Shown here in pieces: positions 63,250 to 64,000 of a stretch of DNA of 64,000 nt. Made by a program: the position numbers and the translations under genes. The DNA comes from Psammoneis japonica. Its lineage: Eukaryota. The stretch spans positions 186,001-250,000 of the forward strand of contig QPGO01000070.1 of assembly GCA_008632985.1 (NCBI GenBank), given 5' to 3'. The first letter of the stretch is position 1. Every line of letters starts with the position of its first letter. Under the pieces are notes generated by a model that saw only the letters and a list, made by a program, of their open reading frames with translations, was not told the DNA's origin and ran no database searches.

Positions 63250-64000
63250 ATGACGTTCAACGTCCTTTTGATTGTTGCGACTGTTGTTTGTAGGCAGCAT
63301 GCTGTCGCGTACGCTCCCGTGTCGCCCTTGTTTCAACGCGTGCGGCAAACGGCATTGCCGTCCATGAAGGGCTCTGCTCGAAACGATTTTTGTGTATTGA
63401 AAATGTCATCGACCGCATCAGATGAGGAAAGCGATGGAAACAACTACTTTCGTCGCAAGGAACGATTTGCTTTGCCTTCCGACAATGTAAAATACAACAA
63501 CCGTCCCAGCAACTTGGCAGAACGCGTCGCGATTCGAGCATTTCATTATGCAAGTCGCAAGTGTGTGCAGTGGGGTGCCCTGTCGACTTGGAATCCGTTC
63601 GTCAAGCTTCTGAGTTTTATATTGTACCAGGCGGATATTCTTTGGGCTGGAGTAGACAAGGAGTACTATGTCAAACGTCGTGCCATGTATGGACCAAACT
63701 TTATTTCTGCTATATGTGAGTAGCCCTTTTGTTCTGCAGCTGCATCTTGGAAAGCCTTCTGCAAGGCTGATGCATCCGTCACAAACAAGACTCGCTCAAC
63801 TTTTCCATTGCCCCTTTTTTGTTCTTTTCGTTTCGTTCAGCGGTCGTTGTCAGCAAGTTTGATCCAGAGGCAGTTGCGGAGGATTCGCTGGATGCACAAT
63901 TGATTGGCTTGCCACAAAAACGTGGCTTGTTCTTAGGGTCAACCATTATGACTCGAGACCATTTGCCTCTGGACGCGAGTATTACGAATCCCGACAAAAA
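63250..64000 (+). CDS. 5' part of a protein with a signal peptide, possibly a cytochrome P450 (truncated by the window end)
   Basis: MTFNVLLIVATVVCRQHAVAYAP.. exon 1 ends at GTGAGT (about 63716); acceptor TTCAG at 63840, then GVVSKFDP..QKRGLFLGS. The P450 idea rests only on YYVKRRAMYGPNF. Confidence 0.55.

Overview
Eukaryotic nuclear DNA, most likely a diatom (short GT-AG introns, a bipartite plastid-targeting leader on CCB1, a CoDi-like Ty1/Copia fossil). Gene islands hold a giant MACPF/discoidin gene, MIOX, BolA, a DUF218-like gene, CCB1, a REase+kinase gene, GDPD, ARMET/MANF, NAA30, NmrA-like, ABCG, a hotdog thioesterase, a CAAX protease and a possible P450. They alternate with five blocks (about 8.8-10.1, 13.5-17.1, 20.8-25.5, 29.0-41.5 and 60.7-63.05 kb; roughly 24 kb) that have lost almost all TpA and most CpG. 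Paired copies inside the window show the direction: CG->TG/CA and TA->TG/CA. This looks like a repeat-targeted hypermutation process whose TpA arm runs opposite to fungal RIP, and it is the main finding. Also present are a nested MITE pair, a 9-bp-TSD TIR element family on both sides of the REase-kinase gene, and a duplicated promoter bracketing about 14.6 kb of accessory DNA. Many single-base frameshifts in otherwise normal genes may be assembly errors. All alignments and counts were done by eye.
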